NCBI GenBank assembly: GCA_947596225.1
Contig: CANQEX010000003.1
Span: 1-43,991 of the forward strand
DNA: 43,991 nucleotides
Reading direction: 5' to 3'
DNA from: an uncultured Clostridia bacterium
GTDB lineage: Bacteria; Bacillota; Clostridia; TANB77; CAG-508
The notes under the pieces are model-generated. The model worked only from the letters and a program-made list of their open reading frames with translations. It was not told the origin of the DNA and searched no databases. This document shows, piece after piece, positions 19,626-30,415 of this stretch (its first letter is position 1; every line of letters starts with the position of its first letter). Both the position numbers and the translations under genes were made by a program.

Positions 19626-22043
19626 TTATTTTCTTTTTATTATTTTACTTACTATAACTGTCATATCATCTCTTACTGCACCATAATTATTATCTATTGC
19701 TTCTGCAATAATTAAATCTGCTATTTTTTGAACATTATTTGTACTAATATTTCTAAGAAAATCTTCTATCCAATCTTTTTGTGAATCTTCTTTAGAATCT
19801 AATATTCCATCTGAACACATTACAATAATATCTGCATCTTGAATATCTATAGTTTCACTTTGTAATTCAACATTATTTACAATTCCAACTGGCAAATTTT
19901 CTGATTTTACTTTTTTTATACTCTTTTTATTTTTTATATAAGTATTACAAGCACCATTTTTTAATATTTCCATTTTTCCAGAATATAAGTCTAATATTGT
20001 TGCATCTAAACTTGAATATCTATCTGATGTTCCTAGTAAATTAATTCTAGAATTAATCATTGCTATTGATTGTTCTTTATCAAACCCTGCTGATAACATT
20101 TGTTTAATTAATCTTAGAGTAATTTTACTACATTCTCTAGCTTTTGCACCACTTCCCATTCCATCTGCTATTGCTAACAAATATTTTCCATCAGCTAATT
20201 TTATTTGCAAACTACAATCTCCAGAAACTTCACTATTATCTTTAGTTACTTTAGAACTTCCAACTTGTAATACAAATTTATCTTCACTTGAATATACTTG
20301 ATAATATTCCTCATTTTCTTCATCAATTCTATCTCTTTGAAGAACTAACTTTGTTCCAATACTTTTAGATATTATATCAGCTATATTTGTAATAATTTCT
20401 TTTTCTCTTATTCTTGAATCATTATAATTAAGTTTTAACTCAACTATATATTTATTATTTTTTAATTGCTTTATAGAACAATTTTCAATATTGAAATTTT
20501 TGCTTTTTAATAAAAGTTGTATTTCCTGTTCTTTTTTTTCAAATTTGCTTATTTTTTTCTCTTTAATTTCCTCTACACATTTATCTATTACTTTTGTTAC
20601 AGTTTTTAAACTTTCATTTATTGCCTGCATACTATTTTTTCGTTCTTGCTGTTTTGCTTTATTTATTTGAAAAATTTTTAAAGTTCTATTTGCAATTTTT
20701 ACAACTTCCTGTAAATCATTTCTTATATTATCATCCTTCATAATAACGTAATTATTATGTTGTTTTAAAATTTCTATTAAATCTTTATCTAAAATAATAT
20801 CATTTTCTTTTAATACCATACAAATATCTCTTGCAATATTATTTTCTTCATATGATATTTCATCATAAAAAATATTTTGTTTTATATCTTCTATATTATC
20901 TAAAAATTCTTGAATTAAATTTTCTCTATCTAATAATTCATCTTTATCAACTGATTTAGATAATTCATTAAACATATCTGAAATTGTTTTTAATTTTTCA
21001 GATACAACTTCATTTGTACCATTTAATCTTTTATCACCAAAATCATCTATTAATTTATTTTTTCCTAATAAATCTTCAACTTCAAGATTTACTCTGCCTG
21101 GCACTAATAATAAACCTATTGAAGCAATAAATATTTCTCTAAAATAAATTACCATAGTAGAAGCTCCTCTTACCCAATATGTAAGAATTGCATTACCTAA
21201 TAGAAAACCAATTATAACTCCAATTTTTCCAAACTTATTTAACGCACCAGATAATGCTCCTGAAATTGCAAACATTGTGATTTGAACAAAGCTTGTACCA
21301 TCTACAAAACTAGTAGCAAGTCCAACTGAAATTCCAGTAACAGCTCCAACAAGAATTCCATTTTTCCATCCTAAAATCATTATCATAAAAATAATTATTA
21401 TATTACTTAAATTTAAAGAAAAAATATTTATATTATTAAAAGCTGTACTAGCAAGAGAAATAATAATAACACCTGCAATTAATTCCTCAACAGTAAATGC
21501 TTTTTTTATATTGAATTCTTTAATAAAATTTAAACCATTTACAAAAATTTTATAAAAAACATATAAAATTGAAGAACTTATAATTCCCATAAATACATCA
21601 TATATTAAAAATACACCAACAAAACTTTTTATTATAGAAACTATAAAAGATGCAAAAAATAATTTTCCACCTGTTTTTATTATTTCATTTCTCTCTTCTA
21701 CTGCAACTTTCGCTCTAAATAAAAGCACTAGAACAAAATATATAATTGATGTAAATACAAAATTTTGTAGACTAGCAAGTCCATTTCCAACGCAAGTTCC
21801 TATAAGAGCCATTATAAAAACACCTATAATTGGAACTGTTTCTCCAACACAACCAGCAACCATAGCTAGTCCAAAAGGAGCTATATTTTCTTTTATAGAC
21901 AAAGTAGATACTAAAAAAGTTAAGATATATATAATTACATTTTGATATTTAAAAATTTCTTTTAATCTATAAATAACATTACTAGAACTTTCTTCTCTAA
22001 CTTCTTCATTATGATTTTCCATATCTGCAACATTTTGAAACAT
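19626..22043 (-). CDS. spoIIE: Stage II sporulation protein E (PP2C phosphatase)
   Basis: About 10 N-terminal TMs (APFGLA); PP2C motifs SGD, ADGMGSG, MCSDG, DDMT. Confidence 0.9.
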   Translation of the reverse strand: MFQNVADMENHNEEVREESSSNVIYRLKEIFKYQNVIIYILTFLVSTLSIKENIAPFGLAMVAGCVGETVPIIGVFIMALIGTCVGNGLASLQNFVFTSIIYFVLVLLFRAKVAVEERNEIIKTGGKLFFASFIVSIIKSFVGVFLIYDVFMGIISSSILYVFYKIFVNGLNFIKEFNIKKAFTVEELIAGVIIISLASTAFNNINIFSLNLSNIIIIFMIMILGWKNGILVGAVTGISVGLATSFVDGTSFVQITMFAISGALSGALNKFGKIGVIIGFLLGNAILTYWVRGASTMVIYFREIFIASIGLLLVPGRVNLEVEDLLGKNKLIDDFGDKRLNGTNEVVSEKLKTISDMFNELSKSVDKDELLDRENLIQEFLDNIEDIKQNIFYDEISYEENNIARDICMVLKENDIILDKDLIEILKQHNNYVIMKDDNIRNDLQEVVKIANRTLKIFQINKAKQQERKNSMQAINESLKTVTKVIDKCVEEIKEKKISKFEKKEQEIQLLLKSKNFNIENCSIKQLKNNKYIVELKLNYNDSRIREKEIITNIADIISKSIGTKLVLQRDRIDEENEEYYQVYSSEDKFVLQVGSSKVTKDNSEVSGDCSLQIKLADGKYLLAIADGMGSGAKARECSKITLRLIKQMLSAGFDKEQSIAMINSRINLLGTSDRYSSLDATILDLYSGKMEILKNGACNTYIKNKKSIKKVKSENLPVGIVNNVELQSETIDIQDADIIVMCSDGILDSKEDSQKDWIEDFLRNISTNNVQKIADLIIAEAIDNNYGAVRDDMTVIVSKIIKRK

Positions 22044-22211
22044 CCTTAACCACCTCTCACCTTTTATATATTAATATTAAATCATAATATTTTAAAATTT
22101 TTTGTCATATTAAACTAAAATATATAAAAAGTTATTTACAATTTGTGATAATTTTTATTTATTTTATTACATTTAATTCAAAAAGACAAGTATTTCTACC
22201 AAAAAGACTAA

Positions 22212-22248
22212 AAAAAGAAAAGCTTCTTAATTCGAAGCTTTTCTTTTT
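22212..22248 (-). terminator. Intrinsic terminator of the surface-protein operon
   Basis: AAAAAGAAAAGCTTC / GAAGCTTTTCTTTTT inverted repeat immediately after the stop. Confidence 0.8.
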
Positions 22249-22251
22249 ATA

Positions 22252-25200
22252 TTATAAAACTTTTTTCTTAATAATTATAATTCCTGCTACAATTACTGTA
22301 AGAGCTATTGCTACAACTATTAATACTTGCATTATTATTACATTTCCTGATTCTAAACCAGTTGGTGGTGTAAATGTTACAATCTCTGTTGCACTTGAAT
22401 CTCTTTCTTTAAGTGCAGTTATAAATTCACCATCTTTTGGTTTAGCATTACCAGGAATAGAAATTGTATCTCTTCTACCTACTGAGTTTTCATATTTTAC
22501 AATTTCAGCTAAGTTATCATATGTTAAATTATTTGCATCTTCTTGTGCAGATACTGTTTTTGTTACAGTTAATGTTATATCTGCCTTACTATTAGCTGCA
22601 TCAACTGAATAAGGAACTAAAGGTTTTTCAAAATCTTCATTCTGTTCTGAATCTACACTTAATGCTAAATTATTTCTTTGTGTAGTTTTATAAGTATAAT
22701 TATTTGCATCTAATATTTTATATTGTGGAATAGCTGTAATATCTAATAATCTTTGTGATTTATATCCATTTCCAGCAAGCTCTGTTACATTTGTATTTCT
22801 CCATGTATGATTATCTTCATTATTATACTCTGCAGAGAATACACCATTATTATCTATATATTCAACAAGTTGACGAACTTTTGTAGTAACAGGTACATCT
22901 TCAGTTGAATCTCCTGTATAATATGAATTTCCTAAATAAGTACCATATACATAATTTTCTGTTTGCATTTCTTCTTTAGATTGTTTAGCTAAACCTAGTA
23001 TTTGTTGTTTTACAGTTCCACTACTATCTGCTTTAATTTCATCCAATTTTACACTTGTATAATCTTTTTCACTTACATTTAATGCTGTAAGTTTATAATT
23101 GATTTCAATTGTTGTTCCTTGAAGAATTGTATCATCAACATTTATAAATCTAAAGTTTTTAGTACCATCATTTTCATTCTCAGTTTTATTTAATGCTTGC
23201 ATTACATCTGTTCCTATTGAAGAACTATTTAATTCAACCTTTGCTACTAAATATCTATTAGATCCTAATTTATCAATTACTACACAGTCTGATGGTTCTC
23301 CTAATGGTGAAAATTTTTCATCATAAGTAATATCATATTTTGCATCAAATATTACATTTCCATCATTTGTAGTTAATTTAATTGAACTAATTTCTTTATC
23401 TAATACAATTTTGTTTTCAGGTCTTTCAATTAACCCACAATTTTCTTCATAAGATATTTTATCATCAGTTACATTTTTATCGAAAACAATTTTGTCAGTA
23501 TCAGCAAACATATAGTAATCTTCATATAATTGTGAACGGAAATCATCTTTATTATTTGCTGTATGTAATACATTTGCATTACTATTTGTAATAGTTTGTG
23601 AATTTGCAATTACCTCTAATCTTCTTGCTTCATTATCTCTAGCATCTGAATCAAGTTTATTTGGATCAGCTTGATAAATTGTTGTTTTATAATCTTGACC
23701 ATTATATACTGCTGGTGTTTTTCCTACTTCATCTTTGTCATAATTTGCTGTTAGAATATTTTCATCATTACTATAATTGTTTCCATCAACATTTAAAGCC
23801 TTAGGAGCAGTTGTAATATTCAAATTATCATTTAAATCAGTTTTATCATTTCCATATACAAATCTTACTACATAATTTCCTAAAGGAACTCCTTGGAATT
23901 TATAAGATCCTATATTTCCATCACTTGGATTGCTAATTGTTTCTATTGTACTATCAAAACCAGTTACATCTTTTATTGATTCTCCACCTAAACAATTTAA
24001 TGATTCGTTTGTTGGCCATAAGAAATCATATTCTTTGTCATCTATTTTTATTTTTTCAACAAGTTGAGTTGTTAAACCACCTATAAAAGCTTCATCATCA
24101 TCTTTTACACCATTTCCTATAGCTGTATCATCATTTGCTTTATCTTCCCATACTTTACCTACAACTTCTCTTCCTTGATCTTTAAGATTTATTACTAATA
24201 CTGGTGCTGAATCTGTATCATCTTCATACCATGATTTTTGGTTATAATCACTAATATTAAAGTTTGCTGGAGCTGAGTCTTTATCAACTTTACCAGCTAC
24301 AGATCCATCTTGGTTGTAAGTTGAATAACTAGCAATTTCTGCAACATTTGATTTTTGTCCTTTAATTAATGTATCTCTAATACCATCTATTGTTGCTTTT
24401 TGTACTTTAAATGTTATCATTATTTCAGCTTTTTCTCCACTAGCTAAACTAACATTTAAGTTATCAATTACTAATTTATTGTAGCGAACTCCATCAGAAC
24501 TTAATATATTTTTCTCTGTTACTTTACCACTAATAGCATTACCATTTAATTCTATTTTTGTTGGTTCGCTAAAAGAACTATCAAAGTAATCATTTATAGA
24601 TCTTATTGTTTCTTTATATGAAGTTGACTCATTATAAAGTACAACTTTATAATTTAACTCTACTTCCATTTCATTAGTTATACCAGTTTCTGCTAATTTT
24701 TCATATAGGTTTGGACCTAAGTTTGATAAATACATCTCAGCTCTATAGTAATAATCTGTACTATATAAATCTAATGGATATGTACCTATAGTTTCAGCAT
24801 TTCTTGATATTTCAAAAGTATATGCATCTCCGTTTTGGTCTGCTAATTTATCTTTCAATGTTCCAAACTTACGATTAAATTCTTGATTTGTTTCTGTTCC
24901 CTTTACAGATACTTTAGCTGAATATAAATCTTTTGCAAGACCAACATCTGCATCAGGTCTTCTAACTAAACCTAAATTAATATGCAAACAATAATCATAT
25001 ATTGCTTCATAAACATAGGCATGTTCTTGACCTAACTCTGTAATTTCTGTATCTTCAGATTTAAGAGCATATCTATCAGCATTATTATCAAATGGGAATG
25101 TTAATCCACCTATAGAAGTTCTAGCTTCTGTTTTAAATAAATCTTTTGCTGTACCATCACTATTTGTTGTTATTAATTTAGAAATTGCTTTTGCATTCTC

Positions 25201-28200
25201 ACCACTAATTGAAGTATCATATTTATATGTTAAAATATCTGAATTATTTTGTGATGTAATTCCTGGAATAACTGTACCTGTTGTAATTCCATTTCCATTT
25301 ATTACTGATTTTCCAGCAATAGTTTGTATTCTATTATTTACTTCATCTCTATTAGCATCTAATGCCATAGAATTATTTGCAAATTTATTTTTACCTGACT
25401 TATCTGCTTTAATATATGTTGAAGCATCTCCATTTGATGTTTTTAAGAATTTTGTTGGTTCATATGTTTGACCATCATAAACAAATACAACATCAAATGA
25501 GCCTCTATAACCTTCATCTACTATTGGAAGTTTTAATCTTGGTGCTTGCCATAATCCATCATCACCTGTAATTATTGGAAAAGACATTTCTGTATCCATA
25601 ATATCTTTATAAGCTGTTGCCAATGATCTTTCTATTTCTTTTCCATTTTTATCTGTAACAACTTTATAAATATATACTTCAACACCTGGTATAGCATTTT
25701 CAGATGAATCTATAACTCCATTTGCTACTGAATCTTTTGTGTTTTTTCCATCTTCTAATGCTTTATCTTCCCAAACTTGACCTGCAAGTTTCATTGTTAC
25801 ATCAACTTCTGTATATGTAGGAAGTTCATTAGTTACTACTATTTCTAAGCTATTATCTGAACTTATTGGAGCACCATTATTAGAAATACCAATATTTTGC
25901 CATCCTTTTGGTAAATTTATTTCTTCTACTGTTACAGTTGGTGCTGAGTCTCCCCACCATTTAATTTCTGGTGAAATATATTCCTGACCACCTTTTAAAT
26001 TTAATGTATATTCCAAATAATTAGTTTTATTTCCATTTATTTCAAATAAATCACCTTTAATTTTTACTTTTATATCAAAATTTACTCCTGCTGAATCTAT
26101 CTCTTTTTCTTTTAAAACAACTTTTGAAATTTTAAATTTACCTATATTTGGTTTATCTACATTATATTTATTTATTGCTACTATATTTATACTTGCATCC
26201 TTTTCTAATGTTCCACTTACACTTGGATCTGCTTTATTATTTGATTGATGTCCTTTATCATCAGTAATTGACACAAATTCTGAACCTTTTGGTAACTTAG
26301 AAACAATTTCTCTAACTGTGTATGTTAAAGGTGGATCTCCTGCATTCCAAGGATACTCTTCACTGTAGTAAGTTTCTCCTGCTTTAAGTTGAACTTCGTA
26401 TGGAGCCCTATTACCAACAGTTACTTCAAAGTAAAATATATCATCTACAGGTGCATTTCCACTTTCTATATTTTTGGTTATAGTAAGTTTTCCATGTTCT
26501 TTTTTAGCCTTATTAACTACTGTAACTACAACGTTACCCTTTTCCTTTTTTATACAATCATCACAAGATAATGTACCAGATTTTCCACTTATACTGTATT
26601 GTTCAGCAATATCGCTTTCTTTTTCTTCAACTGTATATTCTGGCCCTTGATTTGGATCACCATACCAATAAATTTCTTTTCTAAAACTTTCTCCACCTTT
26701 TACTGTTACCTGTAAAGTATATTCTTCATTTTGATGGTATATTTCTTCTCCAGAAAATCCAAAACTACCTTTTAATTTTACTTCAAAATTAAATTCTTTA
26801 CCATCTAAAGATGAATCTATATCTTCTTTTTTTATTTCTAAAACTGCTTTATGTTGAGTTGCTTTATTAACAAATTTATTGTCTATAAAAATTTCTTCAG
26901 CACATTCTGTTAAAGTTCCTTCAATTTTATTATTAGTAAACGTTGTATTTTCACTACTTGCACTTACAAATTCTGTGCCTGGTGGCATACTAGCTAAATC
27001 TTCTTCTATTGTATATTTTGGAGCCTCTTCATCTTCTCTCCATGTATAGTCATCAGATTGGTATATCCACTCCCATCTATCATCTGCATCATTATGCTTT
27101 GCTTGAAGTGTTTTAGAAAACTCAGGATTATTTCCTACTTTAATTTTAAAAGTAAATTCTAATTTTCTAATATAATCATCTGTAAGTAGATTATCATTTT
27201 CTAATGTTTTTATTATTCTTAAACGACCAACTTTACTTTCTGGTTCATTAATATGATTCCATACTGTTACTACTATAGGCTGATTATCAACACCTTCACT
27301 TATTTCTCCATCTCCATGCTCTATAGTTGGTATAATCTCTCCTTCACCAGCAACATATTCTTCAACTTTATAACTTGGTGCATCATCTCCATACCATTCA
27401 AACTCATCTGAAGTCCAAGTACCTGTTACTTCTGAAACTTCTGAATTTTCTGTTGGTTTTCCAACTTTAATTTCAAGAAGATTACTATTATCATCTTCTA
27501 TACCTTCTTCTAATAGTATTACTTCTCCATCTTTTCCAATTCGTACTTTTTGATTTTTATATTGTTTATCTTTATACTTAAATGTTCCTTCTATAGTTAC
27601 ATAAAATCTAAATGTTCTCTCATACAATGTTTCCTGATCAACATGTTTAACAATTTCTAGTTTTCCTTTTTTCGTTGTACATTGGTTTGTAAATGGTGCA
27701 TCTATAACAACTTCATCTTCTCCTTTATTTCCTAATGTTTTGTACTCATTTTCTGTTACTGCTCCACTCACATATTCAATATCTTCTGGAACATCTATTT
27801 CTTTTATAGTATATTCTGGATTATTACCATAAGCCCAACTATATTCACCTGATTCTCCTTCCCATACATAATCACTGTTTTCATTTTTACCACTTACTTG
27901 GTCTAATACTATTGTTTCAGGAGCATAACCTTCTACTTTAAGTTCAAATGTAAATTTCAAACTATTAATATAATCTTCAGAAAGTTCAGATGAATTTTTT
28001 AAAGTTTTAATAATATGTACAGAACCTTTTTCAATTTCCTGTTCGTTTACAGCAGTTACTACTACTGTTTCGCCTTTTATTAAACTTCCAGTTTCTGGAT
28101 TTATTGATACTTTTTGAGAACCTTCTGGCATTGAAATTTCCTCTACAGAATATGTTGGTGCCTCTCCATACCATTGTACATTATTAGAAAGCCAAGGAAT

Positions 28201-30414
28201 GCAATTTCCACTTTCATCAAGTTTAACAGTAGCATCTGAAATTTCTAGTGATTGATTTTTATATGTTATTCCATTATATATATAATAATCTCCATTAATA
28301 ATAACTTTAAAAGTAAACTGTGTATTTTTTCCAATAAAATACTTATCTACTGGTAATTGAATATCTTTTATTTCTTTATTTATTTGAATTTTTCCTTCTT
28401 CAGGTCCCATTTTATTTGTTGCTATAACTGAAACTGCTTTTATTTCATCTAAGTTTCCTTTACGATTTTCTATACTTACTTCTGAAAAACCTTCTTCTGC
28501 AATTTCTGTTACTTCATAAGATGGTTTGTTATCTCCAATCCAGTAATAAACTTTAGATTCAGCAGAAGATCCTGCTTTTACTCTTATAACATCAGTTCCA
28601 CTATTAGCTGCTCCATTAACATTTACTCTAAATTGGAAGAATTTATTATCAAGTTTAATTTCATTACCTAATATATCAATAACTTTTTTGCTTATTACTA
28701 ATTTTCCTTTATGAACATCAACTGGATCTCTATCTAATTCTGCATACTCATACCATCTAGCTGCATGTTTTATTTTTGCTAAAGCCTGACTAATTTTGGT
28801 TTCTCCAGTACCTTCCAAATAGAATATTTTTTTACCTGTTTTTTGCAATTCGCCATGTTCATCTGGTATTATTTCATCTTCACTTCTTTCAGTCCACGTT
28901 TCTTCATTATATGTACCTTGTAATGGAATGTATTCTCCAGCTGCATTCATATATTCATAATAAGTTTTTATGTTAGTTATTTTTGTAATATTTTGAATTA
29001 TATTTTTATTTGTAATTTTAATATAAAATTTATCTTTAGGCATTGGCATACCTTTACAGTTAGTTGTTGTTTTTTCAGTTACAAGTTGCCAATCTATACT
29101 ATCTAGTTTCTTATCTTTTCCATTTACATTTGCATATACTTCCATTCCAGTCATACCAGCAAAAAACAAACTTTCACCATTTCTATCTGTAGCTTCTTCA
29201 TTATCATAATCTATTGCAAATGGTCCTACTGTTAAAGTTTGTGTATTTTCATCAAATTGAGCTGTAGGTTGCATATCTTTACCTTCACTATCTTTTTCTA
29301 CCCATTTAGGATTATATTTAATTTTAAATGCATTACCTATATTAATCTTTTCTCCATTTTCATCATAAATCTCTGTTTTACTAGATCTTTTTTTGCCATT
29401 ACATATTCTATTTATATAACTTTCAAATGCTTTTGCTTCTGTGGCAAGTGCATTTTCTGCAACACTATGACCACCTGCCGCAGTATTCCACCATGCTTCC
29501 TGAATATAACTATTAGTACCACCTGTATAACTAGGAAAAATTTGATCAGCCACTTCATTTTCATTGATTTTTTTAACAACAGGTGTTCCAGTTACATGAA
29601 TTGTTGTGCCTTTTGGAACAGAATTATTTCCATTATCTTGATTTACTGTAAAACTTGGGAAAGACTGTCTTTTTCCATCCATAGTAAAGCTAAATGATCC
29701 GTTATATTCATTGTTAGTTTTTACATAAAATGCTTTATGATTTTCAATTTTTTTAGTAACTTCTATTTTCTTATTATCTATTTCTGCAACATATTTAGGA
29801 TTAGTTATAAATACTGTTTTACTTCCTACTTTACAAGTATATGCATCACTATTTATCTGAATTTGATTTCCATTTTCATCTGTTTCAATATCATAATAAT
29901 CACGAACTATTCCGTCTTCCATTACTGCTTCAGATAAAATATATGCTTCCATTGCATTAGCACTTTTAGAATCTCCAGCACTATACCTTGCTAAACCTCT
30001 ATATCTAAAATTAGGAGCTCCAAAACTTTCATCTTGAGGTCCTTCTATTGCATATTCTCCATAACCTAAATCATCTTCTGGATTTCTTCCACCTTCACTA
30101 GCACCTGGTAATGGTGAACCATGTGCACAACATAAGATTTCGTATAATCCACGTAAGTCTTCTACAGTAATTACACCTGGTAAATTTACTGCATTTTGTG
30201 CAACAGATTCTATTATTAATCTTGCTCTTAAATTTGTTTTTACTAAAGATAATTGATCTTTAAATTCATCATTATTGTATTCATTTCTATATTTACCACT
30301 AATTGTACCACCTTCATTAGTAGTTTGGGCATTTGATATATAAACAAGTCTAGTGCTTAATATTAATAATATTATTAAAAACAATATTGAAAATTTCTTT
30401 ATTAATTTATTCAT
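22252..30414 (-). CDS. Giant cell-surface adhesin-like protein (about 2720 aa): possible thioester-like N-terminal domain, 8 CnaB-like repeats, SdrD-B-like domains, C-terminal anchor
   Basis: Signal peptide; repeats G.L.I.K..F.F.V..Y.V.E..V..N; two G.VWED..NG..D..E domains; PPTG + TM + KKK tail; GGAGGTG RBS before ATG 30414. Confidence 0.8.
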   Translation of the reverse strand: MNKLIKKFSILFLIILLILSTRLVYISNAQTTNEGGTISGKYRNEYNNDEFKDQLSLVKTNLRARLIIESVAQNAVNLPGVITVEDLRGLYEILCCAHGSPLPGASEGGRNPEDDLGYGEYAIEGPQDESFGAPNFRYRGLARYSAGDSKSANAMEAYILSEAVMEDGIVRDYYDIETDENGNQIQINSDAYTCKVGSKTVFITNPKYVAEIDNKKIEVTKKIENHKAFYVKTNNEYNGSFSFTMDGKRQSFPSFTVNQDNGNNSVPKGTTIHVTGTPVVKKINENEVADQIFPSYTGGTNSYIQEAWWNTAAGGHSVAENALATEAKAFESYINRICNGKKRSSKTEIYDENGEKINIGNAFKIKYNPKWVEKDSEGKDMQPTAQFDENTQTLTVGPFAIDYDNEEATDRNGESLFFAGMTGMEVYANVNGKDKKLDSIDWQLVTEKTTTNCKGMPMPKDKFYIKITNKNIIQNITKITNIKTYYEYMNAAGEYIPLQGTYNEETWTERSEDEIIPDEHGELQKTGKKIFYLEGTGETKISQALAKIKHAARWYEYAELDRDPVDVHKGKLVISKKVIDILGNEIKLDNKFFQFRVNVNGAANSGTDVIRVKAGSSAESKVYYWIGDNKPSYEVTEIAEEGFSEVSIENRKGNLDEIKAVSVIATNKMGPEEGKIQINKEIKDIQLPVDKYFIGKNTQFTFKVIINGDYYIYNGITYKNQSLEISDATVKLDESGNCIPWLSNNVQWYGEAPTYSVEEISMPEGSQKVSINPETGSLIKGETVVVTAVNEQEIEKGSVHIIKTLKNSSELSEDYINSLKFTFELKVEGYAPETIVLDQVSGKNENSDYVWEGESGEYSWAYGNNPEYTIKEIDVPEDIEYVSGAVTENEYKTLGNKGEDEVVIDAPFTNQCTTKKGKLEIVKHVDQETLYERTFRFYVTIEGTFKYKDKQYKNQKVRIGKDGEVILLEEGIEDDNSNLLEIKVGKPTENSEVSEVTGTWTSDEFEWYGDDAPSYKVEEYVAGEGEIIPTIEHGDGEISEGVDNQPIVVTVWNHINEPESKVGRLRIIKTLENDNLLTDDYIRKLEFTFKIKVGNNPEFSKTLQAKHNDADDRWEWIYQSDDYTWREDEEAPKYTIEEDLASMPPGTEFVSASSENTTFTNNKIEGTLTECAEEIFIDNKFVNKATQHKAVLEIKKEDIDSSLDGKEFNFEVKLKGSFGFSGEEIYHQNEEYTLQVTVKGGESFRKEIYWYGDPNQGPEYTVEEKESDIAEQYSISGKSGTLSCDDCIKKEKGNVVVTVVNKAKKEHGKLTITKNIESGNAPVDDIFYFEVTVGNRAPYEVQLKAGETYYSEEYPWNAGDPPLTYTVREIVSKLPKGSEFVSITDDKGHQSNNKADPSVSGTLEKDASINIVAINKYNVDKPNIGKFKISKVVLKEKEIDSAGVNFDIKVKIKGDLFEINGNKTNYLEYTLNLKGGQEYISPEIKWWGDSAPTVTVEEINLPKGWQNIGISNNGAPISSDNSLEIVVTNELPTYTEVDVTMKLAGQVWEDKALEDGKNTKDSVANGVIDSSENAIPGVEVYIYKVVTDKNGKEIERSLATAYKDIMDTEMSFPIITGDDGLWQAPRLKLPIVDEGYRGSFDVVFVYDGQTYEPTKFLKTSNGDASTYIKADKSGKNKFANNSMALDANRDEVNNRIQTIAGKSVINGNGITTGTVIPGITSQNNSDILTYKYDTSISGENAKAISKLITTNSDGTAKDLFKTEARTSIGGLTFPFDNNADRYALKSEDTEITELGQEHAYVYEAIYDYCLHINLGLVRRPDADVGLAKDLYSAKVSVKGTETNQEFNRKFGTLKDKLADQNGDAYTFEISRNAETIGTYPLDLYSTDYYYRAEMYLSNLGPNLYEKLAETGITNEMEVELNYKVVLYNESTSYKETIRSINDYFDSSFSEPTKIELNGNAISGKVTEKNILSSDGVRYNKLVIDNLNVSLASGEKAEIMITFKVQKATIDGIRDTLIKGQKSNVAEIASYSTYNQDGSVAGKVDKDSAPANFNISDYNQKSWYEDDTDSAPVLVINLKDQGREVVGKVWEDKANDDTAIGNGVKDDDEAFIGGLTTQLVEKIKIDDKEYDFLWPTNESLNCLGGESIKDVTGFDSTIETISNPSDGNIGSYKFQGVPLGNYVVRFVYGNDKTDLNDNLNITTAPKALNVDGNNYSNDENILTANYDKDEVGKTPAVYNGQDYKTTIYQADPNKLDSDARDNEARRLEVIANSQTITNSNANVLHTANNKDDFRSQLYEDYYMFADTDKIVFDKNVTDDKISYEENCGLIERPENKIVLDKEISSIKLTTNDGNVIFDAKYDITYDEKFSPLGEPSDCVVIDKLGSNRYLVAKVELNSSSIGTDVMQALNKTENENDGTKNFRFINVDDTILQGTTIEINYKLTALNVSEKDYTSVKLDEIKADSSGTVKQQILGLAKQSKEEMQTENYVYGTYLGNSYYTGDSTEDVPVTTKVRQLVEYIDNNGVFSAEYNNEDNHTWRNTNVTELAGNGYKSQRLLDITAIPQYKILDANNYTYKTTQRNNLALSVDSEQNEDFEKPLVPYSVDAANSKADITLTVTKTVSAQEDANNLTYDNLAEIVKYENSVGRRDTISIPGNAKPKDGEFITALKERDSSATEIVTFTPPTGLESGNVIIMQVLIVVAIALTVIVAGIIIIKKKVL
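25826..28715 (-). repeat. Eight diverged protein-level repeats of about 100-145 aa (CnaB/isopeptide-type Ig folds)
   Basis: Units begin GKLVISK, GKIQINK, GSVHIIK, GKLEIVK, GRLRIIK, AVLEIKK, GKLTITK, GKFKISK and each ends in a beta-strand Asn; boundaries approximate. Confidence 0.75.
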
Positions 30415-30415
30415 A

